From NCBI GenBank assembly GCA_030141605.1, contig JAQGDQ010000020.1, positions 372,001-436,000 on the forward strand: DNA of 64,000 bases, in the 5' to 3' direction. Each line of letters opens with the position of its first letter. The stretch's first letter is position 1. The translations under genes were made by a program, and so were the position numbers. This document shows, piece by piece, positions 37,301 through 58,100 of this stretch. The notes under the pieces were generated by a model, which saw only the letters and a program-made list of their open reading frames with translations, had not been told where the DNA came from and did not search any database. This stretch comes from Tubiluchus corallicola. Lineage: Eukaryota > Animalia > Priapulida.

Positions 37301-40300
37301 GCTATTTTTGCTAATGATATTTAACTTTAACTAGATGATTGATGGGAAAGATATAAAAAATCTGAACATTCAATGGCTTCGACAACAACTTGGCATTGTC
37401 AGCCAAGAACCAGTTTTGTTTGATGCTACGATTGCGGAGAACATTAGCTATGGAGATAACGAGCGAAATGTTCTCATGGATGAAATAATAGCCGCAGCCA
37501 GAAGTGCTAATATTCATACATTTATTCAGTCCCTACCTGAGGTATTTTTGCTATATTGTGATGCTGTATTAAAAATATTATCATTGCCTATGTTCCTTCA
37601 GAAGTTCCTGTATTCATTGTTTACAGTTCAGTGTGATTAGTGAATGCTGTGTTTGGTACATGGTACCAACCACTGCTATTCAATAGCTATTCGAATGGAA
37701 CGAACGAAATTTTAGTCATTTTCAATGACACTTGAACGAAATGAATGAAATTTTTTAAAACTAATGACAATATACAAAACAAAAAGCATCAAAAATTTAT
37801 AATAGTGTCCTAAGTAAGTGTTAATAATTAAAATTGGAATATTTTTTCTTGACACTGCCGTCTGGAGGACGCGATGGCACGCAGCTAACAAAAATGTGGC
37901 ACCATCTAGCAGCAAAGTGGTCTAGTAGATACTTACAGCATTTAGCATTTAAAAAACCAATAAAAGACCAGCAATAGACAATAAATGCTGATATAGTTAT
38001 TGAAAGGGAAAAATTGCCAAACTAATTACCGACATCCATATTTTATGGTTCTGCTTGCTAGGTATTTGTCAGGTCACTTAACCTATAAGTAAAAAATATT
38101 AAGGCTAAATAAGCACTAGTACTATTACTCCCACTGACATATTTTTCCTAGAAAAGATAACTATGACAAACTTAAATTTTTGTCAGCTATAATAGTACAT
38201 ATAATACTAAATTGATAATTGTCTGATAATTTTTTATAGGTATTTGCAAAAATAAAAAATAATATAAATATTTTTATAAACAATTTTATTTAACAATAGC
38301 TTATAATTGTTCATGGAAAGAAGTGGCCATCTGAGCTGTAACAATTCAGCGTACTTTTGCTTATATATTTAACATAACCTCAGCTTTGGCATGCATTTCA
38401 AGGAAGATTTTAATTTCTCTTATCAAAGAAGATGTTACACAAAGTAGATGTAGATATGTGTAGATACTGAAGAAAATGGATGATAATACATTTAGATGCT
38501 GCAAAAGTAGTTGTTCAAAATGTTGAATGAATGATTTATTTATGTTAATGCTGAGGCATCTGCATGAAGCTGAAAGTTCGTTTTCCGAGTTTGTTTTCTC
38601 AAACATTACCTGAAAACAGACTGGTATATTTATTTGAGTTTAAAGTGTAGTCAGGATCGTTAAGCAGGTGTTTTTCAGCATTGCTTTTCACTCTGACATT
38701 ACAAGCAGTAGATTTGCCATGGCAAACCATTTTGTCAAAACCTTGATGTCTGGGAGAGTGTGAGATTAAGATGAAGTTGGAGACTTAGTTTGCAAAAGCA
38801 TGAATGTATGGAGGGATAATGTCACAATATTTAAACTTTTATGATATTAATCACCACAAAATTGCTTAGAATGTTCAGTTGCAGACAGAATTTTCAAGTG
38901 GTGTACTGCTGTCAATTTTTAGGCATTTATATCTGGTTTTCAAAACATTATTGCGGCTGGTTTGTGTCATAACTAATGTACATTTGTGTCCCTTTTGTGA
39001 CATCCAGTATTGTATTAAACACATTATAATAGTTATGCATTTTCTAGGACTTGTATGTTAAATATCCTTAATTCCAAAACTATCTTTACTAGGGATATGC
39101 AACAAATGTTGGAGAAAAAGGTACCCAGTTGAGCGGTGGACAAAAACAGCGAATTGCCATTGCTAGAGCACTGATTCGTAATCCCAGAATATTATTATTA
39201 GACGAAGCAACATCAGCTTTGGATACAGAAAGTGAACGGGTAAGTTTTTTTGCAGCGCTGATATTAAACAGAAAGTTATGATTCGACAGTAAATGATTGT
39301 CTTACGATCTGTTGGACTACATGACACTTCATACTTTGCAAAAAAATAACACTGTATCTTAGAAAGTTGTCGTGAAAGCAACGTATTTGAATAATAATTA
39401 TGGTAAAGTTAATTGTGAATTGAGAAGTTATATAAAGGAGTTACAAGAAATGGTTTCACGAATTATGAGATAACACTAGAGAATTTTCTAAGAACATAAT
39501 GTTCCTTACTACTACGTAATTAGGGTCATGTGCAGAATTACAATTAAATTATAAATGTTAATTTTCCTTGAAATTGAACAATAAATTATGCCGGTTTCTT
39601 TTAAAAAAAAGCTTAAAGGAGCCAGATTTTTGCTGCTGTACGAGCAGAAATCGAATTTAAAAATCCTTAATGACAGCCTTGATAGATGCATTCATGGCTT
39701 CATGGTGAGGGAGAATACAAGCCTGTCCCACCATTTCCTCCACTTCGATTTAATCTTCTAATCTAACACTGAATCCACAGAACTGATTTAGTCACATTTG
39801 GGTTACACATATTTTCCTCAGGACTTCAACTAGTTAAATAAATTTTCCTTAGGAACTCAACTAGTTAAATAATCGTTATCACAATAACATGGGCAAACTG
39901 TCTAGAAACAATTTTCCACCTGTTATCCATCTATTTGCCACTACTGTTATGTTACCTTGCAGGTACACATGGTACAACGTAAAGCAAGTTTACCACTTCT
40001 TCATTTGCAAGTCAAGCAGCTCTTGTGTTATCTTGCAAGTACACTTGGTACAAGCTACAACTTTTTGTTCATAAACTGTTATTTAGCGGTAGTCTAGTTA
40101 TGAACTAGGTAACCAGAAAAATATGCAGACAAGGAAATTTTAAATTTCAACATTTTTTAGGTGGTGCAAGATGCTCTCGATAATGCACAAAAGGGACGTA
40201 CATCTGTCACCATTGCACACCGGCTTTCAACGATTTATCACTCTGATAAAATAGCAGTTATAAATCATGGAAAGGTAGCGGAGGAGGGCCAACATGCTGA

Positions 40301-40382
40301 TTTACTTGCAACACAAGGGCTTTATTATATACTTAACAATGCACAGCTAAAAGACAGAAAAGATGAAAATGAAAAATTGTAG
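16360..40382 (+). CDS. ABCB1: ABC transporter subfamily B full transporter (P-glycoprotein/MDR1-like), complete
   Basis: Exons: 16360-16430 (probable first), 16866-17040, 19154-19338, 20105-20342, 20723-20856, 22364-22535, 23741-23865, 24879-25053, 25325-25438, 27451-27561, 28075-28200, 28523-28726, 29237-29407, 29543-29704, 29903-30091, 32150-32302, 32478-32582, 32905-33066, 33731-33934, 34367-34467, 35145-35285, 35842-35998, 36537-36734, 37335-37541, 39093-39239, 40161-40382 (TAG). There are two TMD-NBD halves, with Walker [10 protein letters not shown] and [10 protein letters not shown]-loop VSQEP x2, signature [15 protein letters not shown] x2, Walker [13 protein letters not shown] x2 and H-loop IAHRLS x2. 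An in-frame ATG also lies at 16918. Confidence 0.95.
21241..21830 (-). mobile_element. LINE (L2/CR1 group) 3' fragment in ABCB1 intron
   Basis: ORF2 C-terminus-like peptide [16 protein letters not shown]...[27 protein letters not shown], followed by AATAAA and a (CTTA)n tail on the minus strand at 21241-21259. Confidence 0.65.
25744..26055. mobile_element. hAT-Charlie-like MITE with perfect 8-bp TSD
   Basis: TIRs CAGTGGTTTCCAAA...TTTGGGAACCACTG, flanked on both sides by GCTTTAGC (25736-25743 and 26056-26063). Internal ttacccc motifs. Confidence 0.9.
27716..28004. mobile_element. hAT-like MITE
   Basis: TAGGGATGTGCAAAA...TTTTGCACAACCCTT; the flanks ttactaat and ttgctatt match at 6/8, as expected of an aged 8-bp TSD. 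Confidence 0.6.
28371..28408. repeat. Tandem duplication of an 18-bp unit
   Basis: ccctcagcagttgatggg occurs twice, 20 bp apart. Confidence 0.8.
33963..34232. repeat. Short palindromic (foldback) MITE-like element
   Basis: aaaacaaggaaaaaagaaagaacaca is inverted to tgtgttctttctttttccttgtttt, with outer arms ttgagaac/gttctcaa. A shorter relative (cacaattaaaaaacaaggaaa...ccttgtttttt) lies at 3320-3385. Confidence 0.6.
34665..34731. repeat. Compound microsatellite (TG)n/(GCGT)n/(GTT)n
   Basis: Visible directly in the sequence. Confidence 0.9.
39816..39871. repeat. Tandem duplication, ~30-bp unit
   Basis: cctcaggacttcaactagttaaata / ccttaggaactcaactagttaaata. Confidence 0.7.
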
Positions 40383-43250
40383 TAGTGTTATGAAATTTTA
40401 TTGATCTGAAATGCACTGTTCATAATGTTTAGTTTTGCAGGTAATCTTTTTATTATTAATTTTCATACATTTATAGTAAAATAGTAAGATTTACTCTCTA
40501 ATTTGAAAAATTGTTTAATTGCATTCATGATATATGTTGTGTAGATCTTGCATTTGATTAATTATGACATTTTCTTGGATCCATAGAAAAATAGTTTATC
40601 ACTGTATAAAATACATTTGTTGGATAATAAGAAGATAATACCAATTGTAGCCTAGTCATATTTTTGTCCTTATTTTACTATATAGGCAAGACAGTTTTTT
40701 CTTCTAACATCATATCAATTAAAAACTTGATTCCCTATGATCTCTTGATAATTTTTAAATGTTTTTGAAAAAACCGGTGAGATGGTGCTACCTCAGCAGG
40801 TTATATCTAATCTAACAGTGTTCACTTATTAAATTTTTGGTTTGCAAAAATCAGGAGCTTTTTAGATTAGCTACGCATGTCATGATTGCTTGTTGTTTTG
40901 TTTTCAATACCAGCTTGTTTATGTTTAATTAGTTAATTCATTATTCCGATTTTGTATTAATATATTTGTTTACAATATACAGTATGCTAATATTTTCTTG
41001 CATGTATGCTTATATTTTGTGTCATTACAAAGTTCAAATGTCTGCTTGTAAGATTTATGAAGGTATTACAAACTGTAATTCGTCACACTTGATTGCTTTA
41101 TGTAGTTTTACATAATAGCTCACTTTAAATGGTTTTACTGTTAATATATGGTACAATTTTGGTATAAATATGCGCACATTTTACTTCAGTATTTTTTTAT
41201 TTGTTAGCATATAATTATTCATGATTATGCTGTGTATTATCAGTTCATATTAGCTTTGGCTAATGAGTTTAACTGTATTTGTAATGTTTGTAATGCCATG
41301 TCTTAATTATGCCAAGTTGGCGTCATTACCATATTTATAAGTGACAGAGCTTGAGTTAGCCTACTTAATTTTAATAATTGTGAAATGGTTGTCTAGGAAG
41401 CTAGGGTAACTTCAGTACATTGATGTGCAGTTTTTTGTACCAATCACCTGTGGTACAACTAGTCACAAAATTTTACGGTAACGGTACTGACTGATAGTTT
41501 CACACAGTTTAGTGTCTCAATTTATAACACTAAATTAAATGACACCTTGAAATAGGCAAATTTTCATTTATTGATGTTTGGTGCACCATAATCAAACCTT
41601 TTGTTTTTAGGGCAAACTGTACTAAGTGTAGATTAAAAAGGCAAGTTAAATGCACTTTGTTCCACATTAAAAAATATTACTGTGATAAATTTGTAAAGCT
41701 AATTTTAGTGCTGTTTTCCTTCTTGTAACTATTATTATTAGTGGATCATGTTAAATTTCTCATATTTTTAAATACTGATGAGTGCAAAATAACGTTGACA
41801 AATTTAAACTCTGTAGGCCATTCCAGAGGATCTAATTTTTCTATGTATCATTTTGTTGTGTTACATAGCTACTATTTTTGAGAGAAGTAATAGTTATCGT
41901 TAATTGTAAAAACCGTGATTTAAATTATTTCTAATACTGTTTTAATTGTATATAACTTAATGTCCATCTTACTGTATAATCAGGACCACAGTACATGACA
42001 TCCTCTTGAAATGGGGTCACCACCATCAGGCATACTACCCTGCCTGAATATCACATTTTGAATCTCTGCGAAGTATTACATTAGCCACTGTTGAATGACT
42101 AACTAGTCTATGGTTATTGTGTCACGACATCGGCTACACAATTTTGGCTCACTAAGCATTTTTTGCTATGATTTCAAAAGCTACCATTCTGTGTGAAGTT
42201 TGTGCACATCAAAAACTGGGTGAAAAATCCTTTGTTACAAACATGCCAAGAACCTAAAGTCTAACTTTGCACCAAATTTCACTTTTAGAGAATGATAACA
42301 TTCCTCTTTTTTACAATATATTTTAGACCCTTTGTGTGTTGATAGTGATATTTTGAACATTTTCAAATTGTGCACTAATGTTAGAAAAAATCACAAGATA
42401 TCGTATTATTTAAAAGATAGTGACAATTGTAACAAAGTCAAATCGTGTGAGGAGAATAACTAATATAACAACAGGAGCTATTATCTGTTATATTATATAA
42501 CAACAGATGATGCAATAGTTCGCAAAGATCACAAACGCTGTAGACTGGTGGTTTTGAACTTATGGTAGTGACTGTAGTAGAGCACTGTGCTGCTAGAATT
42601 GTATAAAAATATAATAATTCGGAAGAATAAACGTAAGGATCATAAACTCTTTGGATGTTTTTAATGATCACTTGATTATATAATTGTTAATACTGATTCA
42701 ATTAGCAGGCTACAAGTGCTCGTTCTTTTGTTAGAGAAGTGATACTTGTTTGTAGAATGAACAGATTTAGAATATTAAAAGGTCAGAGACTCAGAATTAG
42801 GAAAAAGTGAAACAATGCTAGTTTATAAACTGATTTTTTCATTTTTGAAAATGATTATACTGTCGTGCAATGAAGAAAAGTTCAGACAGTTGTGTAGTGT
42901 AATGTAACCACTATTTCATCATTTTTAGAACATCATAAAGTTGCAGTGATAAAATATAAAAGATAATCCAGTTTTTTCAGCTATTTTGCATTTTTTACAA
43001 GAAAATGTGACTCTTGTACAGTTAGTGATAATAATAATGTTTGTAAAGGCTGTAATTTCAGAGTTAAATTGAAGTTTAGCCATTTTTCACCAATTGCTAA
43101 GTTATTTTTCATGAGGCCCAGGAAAAAATCCAACAGATAATAGAGTTTTTTGTAATTGGCATCTGAATGACTGCCAAGAGTTTTCAAATTTATAAAACAA
43201 GGACAAGCAAACAATTACAGATAAATAGACAAACTTATTCATATTAAACA

Positions 43251-50298
<7,048 letters not shown>

Positions 50299-52147
50299 TT
50301 AACCAGCGTCTGCCAACATGGGATATCAGTTTATTTTATTCAGCTTCGTTTTATTTCTATTCACACCACGGAAACGTTGAACGACAGTGTCGGTCCTGTC
50401 GGACACCAGAGAAATGAGAAAATAATCTTCATCACGCCTCTGACGGGCACAGTAGATTTTATTGAGATAAAACACTGAAACCCATCAGTTCAAAACACTG
50501 TGAAACATTAAAGCATTAAAATTAAACTGTACATATATTATACATGCATGGATACCAGACACTAATTTGAGGCAGTAAGCTTAATGATATCATCTGGCAT
50601 GACGTTTCTGGGCTTGTATGTATTTACGTATCTAACCAGAAAAAGCAGCTAAAACCATGTAAAGCTAGTTCTCGCTAAAATGCTGTAAAAGTTCACTCCT
50701 TTTTATTCCCATAAACAAGCCAATGTTAAACAAGACGAGTGATTTTGGTTTAGCCAGGAAGTGCTTATTTGTGTTATCAAAATTTGACATAATTATTACA
50801 AAAATGATGCTTATGCTATATAACACAAGCATCATTTTTGTAAGATGTCACATTGTTTTAAAAAACATTTTGATGTAAAGGTAGATAACTGTTTCAAAAC
50901 TATTTTGCCGATTTTTTTTGCAAACTGCGTAGGAGATTATTGTAAGTTAAAATTAGTTAAGTTAAAATTATATTATAATTATGTAATATTTAATATGTAA
51001 TAGCAAATAAGTATTTCCACAAACAGATTGATAAACCACTTCTGGATAGTTAAACTTTATTAAAAATAATATAATTGCTTCAATTATCACATCTTTACCT
51101 ACTATAATAATTCCTAATACCATCACCAGAATTTATGACTTCACATTTTATAAAAATAATTATTACAAAACTATGTATAAAACTTATAATATCATTATAT
51201 ACAACATAAATTGCCTTCACCAACAAAAAACTTACAAAACTGACGAAAAGTAGCAATACAAAACAAATAAACAAACCACTGAAATAATAAAACAGTAAAA
51301 AATTAATAAGAAATTGTTCTCACAAAACACACAATTAAATATTCCTCTAAATTTCTTTCACAGCCAAAGCTATCAAGTTCTCCAGCAGCATAATATACAA
51401 CTAACTCACAGCAGCTACAAAGGCTGTGCATATAAGTATGTAAACAAGAAGATGTCATACTATCATTATTTTGCATTGGAATAATTACTTAAAATTATAC
51501 AATCATCATATATTTCACTATTATATTTTAATATGACCAAAGAAAAACTTCAAGAAACATCATTACCATGTAATATTTACAGTTGCAAATATTCTACAGA
51601 AATAAGTAATATACATACTTATAAAACTTGAAGTTCTCATCACCAAAATACCTATGTTCAGCCCATGGTAAGAATGTACACATATATGCACAATTAAGAA
51701 TTATAGAAAGATAATGTCTAGAAAAATATAATACAATTTTTACTTCGTACAGTGGTAAGAAAAACATTCAAAAATCAACTATTTCTATTACAGCATAATC
51801 TATAGACAAACTCGATGAGCACACTAAATCATCCTGAACAGCAATTATAGTTATAGATTATAGATTCTTACAATTAATTGATAACAAACTTGAGAAACTT
51901 CAGATTCAGAAGAGTAAAACACAACAGTATAATAATATAATCACCTTATTTTTAGTAGCCTTCATATACCTCAAACTCCAATACATCCCAAAAAAGATGT
52001 TCTACAACATTACTTTTCATACATATAAAACAAGACAACTTTATATGCATATCAGAACAGATGAATGTGTTCTAACATATATCTGTACTCTAAATTCATT
52101 TCCTATTCGAGTCTTTTGATCAAATGATCAAACACATATTCGTGTTA

Positions 52148-55100
52148 CTACAATCTTGTGTCAGTAAAGCTTACAGTTGTGACGACAGATTTTGGATGCA
52201 CTGATTCATTTTCATACTCTCCATTGAGCAGCTGGTTTGAATTAGAGATCTTTGTGTTACGCATCAAAGCTTGTTTCTCTGCAGGTGTGATAGGTCGTGC
52301 CAGCATCTGCTTTGAGCTGTTCTGCTGATCTTCTGGAAGAAAGTCCCAAGAATTGTATTTGCCAATTGTGGTGTTGCTGCTGTGTGATTCAGACAGTTGC
52401 TCATCTCTCTGTGATTCAGTCTGACTAGCTGAAAGCATACCTATTAATAAAACAAGTTCTACTGTAAGTTTGATTAACATTGCCACTGATTCTAGGATTA
52501 CTATAATATTAGATTATTACAACACATTTAGGGCATACAGTGACTATTGACTTAGCTGAGCAGCCAATTTATAAGTAAGCATTATCAGCTTTGAGCCTTT
52601 GATCAGTAGATGGCGTTACAAGTACTTTGCAATAAATTTTTATACAGTAGGCGCCGCTTAATAGACTCACGGTTAATAGAGTCAATCACTTAATTGACTC
52701 AAAAACGGTTGGAACGGGCGCTTCAATTCAAATATACGTAAAAACTATCGGTAACTGACTCAAATAAGTTCGTATAATTGATTCAATATTTTTCCTTCAC
52801 CTACTTAAAATAAGATATTTGTAGGTGCCAAAAGAGCCTTTCCTACTTTTATGCCACCGTTACTTCCGTTTTGTGCACTATGTATGCAGAAACAATCATG
52901 TTAAGTACCGTTTTGTTTATAAGCAGGTACGATTATCATGCACTATTACGCTACGCTAACCTCGAATTTCTGGAAGCTAAACATTTATGCACTTGCCCAG
53001 CGTTTTCCTTTTGATGCTCTCGTTGCAAATCACGCTTTCAGGCTTAATGAGTTAACAGTCAAAGATGCAGGTGCAGTAATCAGCTGATATTCCTTGTGAC
53101 TTACGTAAACGTCGTGCAGCAAATATGGGCAATGTAAGTGAGTAGACGATTCAGAACTGTTTTAGTCACACACAACAACAAATTGTCAACGTTTTTATAA
53201 TTACAAGAACTTTGTGGGCCAACTTCTTCGCGAGAAAATGAAGTAGCCGACTTTGAAGGAATTTTTGTAATTTTTGCAAATGAGCAGACTTGTGTGATTT
53301 CAAAAAGATTACTTTTTAATATATTGCTAATTCACTTATAAAAATTAATATTTTAAAAATATTTTTTCTAATTTTTAACTGCACAAAGGAATTTAGGCAT
53401 TATTTCATTTCTAAATTCATTAAAAACCTTTGCAGTGCATAGTAAGCAGATGACTCATACTTCTATACCTGTAATACTACACACATCGGTTAATATGTTC
53501 AGTACGTTAATTGGGTCAAAACACTTCGGTCCCAAAGTGAGTCTATTAAGCGGTGCCTACTGAAGTACCAAAAATATATATCCTGGCTATGTTTTCTAAG
53601 TCCATCTAAGGATTACATAACATGCTAATTCAGTAAATTCTTGCAGGGGAACATAGAGGAATTTTAGAGGAACACTAAAATCAAAACATAGATCATTCCT
53701 TAGGGTGCCAGGAAGCTTGAATTAGGCAATCGATAATTTCATAATTCTGTCATGTGATGAGAATTCTATTCCGTACACATCTTATACCTTCTTGATTTTT
53801 CAACTTTTGACTTTTTCTTGTGAGCGAATGTGAAGACAATTGACTTGGTATTACAGCAATTTCGTCGTCCACAGTATCATGGCAAATACGCCGATATGAA
53901 ATTCCATTTTCAGCAAAGTCATCATTTGATTTGATCCTCATCTCTTCAGATTCATAGAATGCCTAAGATAAAATATTAAGTTCTGGTGAAACAGATATAA
54001 TCTCATTTGCAAAAAATAATGATGACTGCACGATGATGGCAATGAAATTTATCCTAAATTAACACTACCATATACTTTTGTCTGAAAACATTATCCATAT
54101 TCCTGAAGACAGGAAAGTAATTCAGATCTGTTATATGACATAAACAAACAGTGACTGACTTAATAGTCAAATACCAAGACTGGAAACTTATTTTTAAAGG
54201 AATGGTCAAGCTTCCTGGGAAGTTAACCTTATTTCAACTTTCACGAAAAATGTTAGAAGGATGTAGTAATAAAAGTACGATAAGCTTCATGTGTAACAGA
54301 GTTACAGAGTAAAATCTCTTTAAAGTCGCGATCGTTTCAAGCGTTGGCACTTTCATTTTGAACGCCCCTTCTTCCACTAATCACGTCATTCATCATCTGA
54401 AGAAAAGCAGCGCATCATCAATTTCCGTCAAAAGTAAGAAAATTTCAACTGAATGGCAGCTACCACTGCACCCAAAAATATCATTACTGTGGCAGTATAA
54501 ATTAATTTTGTATTTCATTAAAACTTTTTTGGAAATTTCATTGGATATTTCTAAGTTTCACTGATACCAGTAAAAAAAACCAACATGCTAGGTGATTTGT
54601 CCTTTCCTTCAATAAGCAGTACATGTTACCTTGGTAGGTATTCTGGGTTCACTTTCTGTAAAGCCATGGCCTCCATAACCATTCATACGAGATGGAGGCC
54701 TATGTACAACGTGATCGCTTCCACACCTAGTTCGAGGAGATTGATCGGATCTTCGTTGGTTATGTCCGTGATGCCCATGAGAAACATTAGACTTCACTGA
54801 GACTATGCTGAAAGAAATTAGTGATATATTGTAAAAACAGGAGCAATCAATCATCATTCATTAACATATATATATATATATATTATATACATACTACTAG
54901 TTTGCGAAATTTAAAGTCTTTTTCAATTTTTCTAATATTTAAGAACTATAATTAACTGGTTATCCAGTTAAGTACAAGTACTGCAATTATTCTAGCATAA
55001 CTTTCGTGAGAACACATTGGTAAACTATTACAGTGAATGTTCTTAACTTGAAATCTGCCATACATCTGTGGTAAAGACATCATTTACCTATTACAACTTG

Positions 55101-58100
55101 ATCTTGATCCATTAACTGTGGAATAACTGAGATGACAGCCTCTCTGGTGATATTTGCGCACAAGGCGCTGAGTTACAGACAAACTGAGATTGAGTCGAAT
55201 TACCATCACACTCAGATTTTCTTTTGATCCATAACTCTGTGCAATATCCTGAAATAGTGATAGTAATGAATGAAGTTTTCAAAGTAAGCTGGTTTATAGT
55301 TATAGTGTTCTTATGACATAAAAACATATTATATTCATATGATGTTATATGCCACTTTCTACATTTTAGATGTGATGGCTGCTGAAGTTAACACACCAGT
55401 TTCTACTAGGCAATCAAGCACTCATTACTTTTATTAGAAGATTTGGAGTAAAAAGTAAAATTTTTCATTGAATTGAGCTTGTGGTTTGTTGTGATTTCAT
55501 TTTGCCAGAACCAATGAAGTCTTCCAGTTATCCCTTACAAAATCTAATAGTTTTTAAATGGCCATTCAAAAGTACATTTCTCTACATGTTGACAGACAGA
55601 TCTATAATTTATTTGACCTCTTTCCCCCTTTCTTTGGCATTCATCGGTTTCATGCGACCATTGATCTTTGCCTGATAGGTATACAAAAAACATGCAAAAC
55701 ATACAATGAGTATCATGTTGTACAATATGCGTTAGAAATAATGCTTGAATAATGCCATAGTGTCACAGAATTTATTTCACACATAATTTAGGTAAATGTT
55801 ACGTTATTCCCCGATTTCTATAAATATTGAAATGCAACTGTATATTCCTACCTGAAGCTTTTTAGCTGCAAGAACCGGGTTTTGAATTTCTCTAATCTCG
55901 GCCACAGCTTCCTCGTATGATACATACTGCCAGACTCCACTGTTAGCAATGATGATAAGCTCATCATCATGTCGCAGTGTAACGGTAGTGACGTGAGGAT
56001 CAGGAACCACAGCCGGGTACAGGTAACTACAACCTAACAGACGTGTGGCTTCTGTATTGCCATTCACTTTATTATCCTAAAATATAAAGCAATGCTTTAT
56101 TACTAACCTCACTTAATTTGTTTAAACTCAAGTAGTGCATTAAACTGGAAACTGCATCTAGTCAAATATTCAGCAGAATATTCTTAGCAGTAACTGAAAT
56201 GGCCATACTTGTTGCGTTTTTCTTTTCTGCATTTTCTCTACAATAAAGCCTTTTCATCTTATAATATATAATCATTGTGTCGTTTTATTTCTTTAATGTA
56301 AAATATTTTATTTGTGATCAGTGACGCATAAAATAATGATTTAGGCGATTTAAAATTTAAGTTTTTACTTTACAAATGTAAATTGATTATTGAGACCAAC
56401 AAATTAGTAATGTCAGATGTCACTGCTATTAATGTACAGGGTTTATTTAATGACTACAAAAGAACAAAAAGTTAATTCTAGGCAGGAAAAATATATAATT
56501 TGTATTATCTATTTGACGTAGCATTAGTGTTTACATAGATACAGGTGTTTGCAGCCTATCACTCCTTTTAATTAATTATTCAATTAAGTAAAGTACTCAG
56601 TCAATTACATGAAGCTACAATGACTAGTGTCCAACATTCACAATAGGCTAATGCTTTAGATAAAACTAATAAATAAGACTTACCCTGCACATCTCTACCA
56701 ATCAAAGTCCTCGAATTTTTGATGATTCCGCCAAATTATTAAACAATATGACAATATAATTGAATGTATTTTAGGAATTACAAAATACATGGATAATAAC
56801 TTGAAGTTTGTATGATGCAAATATGCCATCCTTGTATAGTAGCACAGAACTTACTTCAGTGATGATGCCATCACTACGTCTTGTTCTTTCGCACTCTAGT
56901 GGATCCCCAGCTACTGTGAATAATCGGGTAAGTTTCATTGGCTCACCCTGTCTGCACAGAATGACTTCGACATGGCCAACATTTGCCAAATTAAGAATGT
57001 ACTCTTCAAAGTTATCAACCAAAGACATATGCAGGTGACACAGTACTGTTGCTGCACCAAGCCGCTGCCCACTTGCCTTCAACTTTCTACAAAATAAGAG
57101 TAAAATCGATCAGAAAGGAAAAATAAAATGGAATATGTTGTACACTAATATAGTGATATAGCTGCATTACTTTCGGGCACTTCAAAATTCATGTAGATGA
57201 TGGCAGCTATATCAAGTAATACCCAACTATATTGCACAAACTATTATACATTTTTTTATAAGAACTATGTGAAAGTTATGGCAAAATTGTTGGCTATCCC
57301 AGTATTAAACAAAAGCCTTAAAATTTTAACCAAAAAAATAAAGCAATTACAGTTCACATATTAAAATTAATTTGGTACAGTATAAACCGTTAATAACGAG
57401 TTTCAAGGGACTGTTTGCTCGCCATAAACGAGTCTCGTTATAGCCGAGGTCAACTGCCTGAGTGTATGTGCTATATAGAAATGAAGCCAACAATGAAAAG
57501 AGTACTTTTTGAGACTGGTGCAAGTTTTTTAATATGTGCCACAGTTCAGCAACTATTTTATCATAAAAAAATAAGCTTTTAATGTTTAAACTCCATTATT
57601 ACTATAATTGTGCAATACATTCCTGCCGCAGAGTTGTTTTGATTGTGACGTCTGCTGACAGTCGAGTGTGTTTTGCGTAGGCGTTGTAATCATTTAAATG
57701 CTAGTGCAAAACCTTGGATGTCTCTATGGGTGGAAAGAACGGCTGGTTTTTATTTAAATAAACGAGGTATAACTGTTGAAGATTATAGCATGGACCTACA
57801 TCGCTTATTAACTAAACCTACACTAGCCTACGTTGCAAGTTTGCTGCCAGAGAGAAAACTCATTAGTCTGAACATTCCATAAGATTAGATGCTGAATAAG
57901 TATCAACTGTTCGGATGTATATAAAATTTCCCCCGATGAGACAAAAAGCCAACGCCAGATAAAACTGCAAAAAAGCAATTTGCCAGCCAGCATTGTTTAA
58001 TTTCTGCCAGTAATTACACTCCGTGACCACTCAGCAAACCTCTCCTCAACTTAGGCAAGAGTTTGCAGACTGAGCAGCTGATTCACTCACCTATGCGCTG

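Noticed and set aside
37895-37920. CTCF-like motif CACCATCTAGCAGCA
   Set aside because: A single motif match inside probable repeat DNA; unsupported without binding data.
37542-39092. Possible U12 intron in ABCB1 (TCCTTAA near the acceptor)
   Set aside because: The donor is GTATTTTTG, not RTATCCTT; treated as U2-type.
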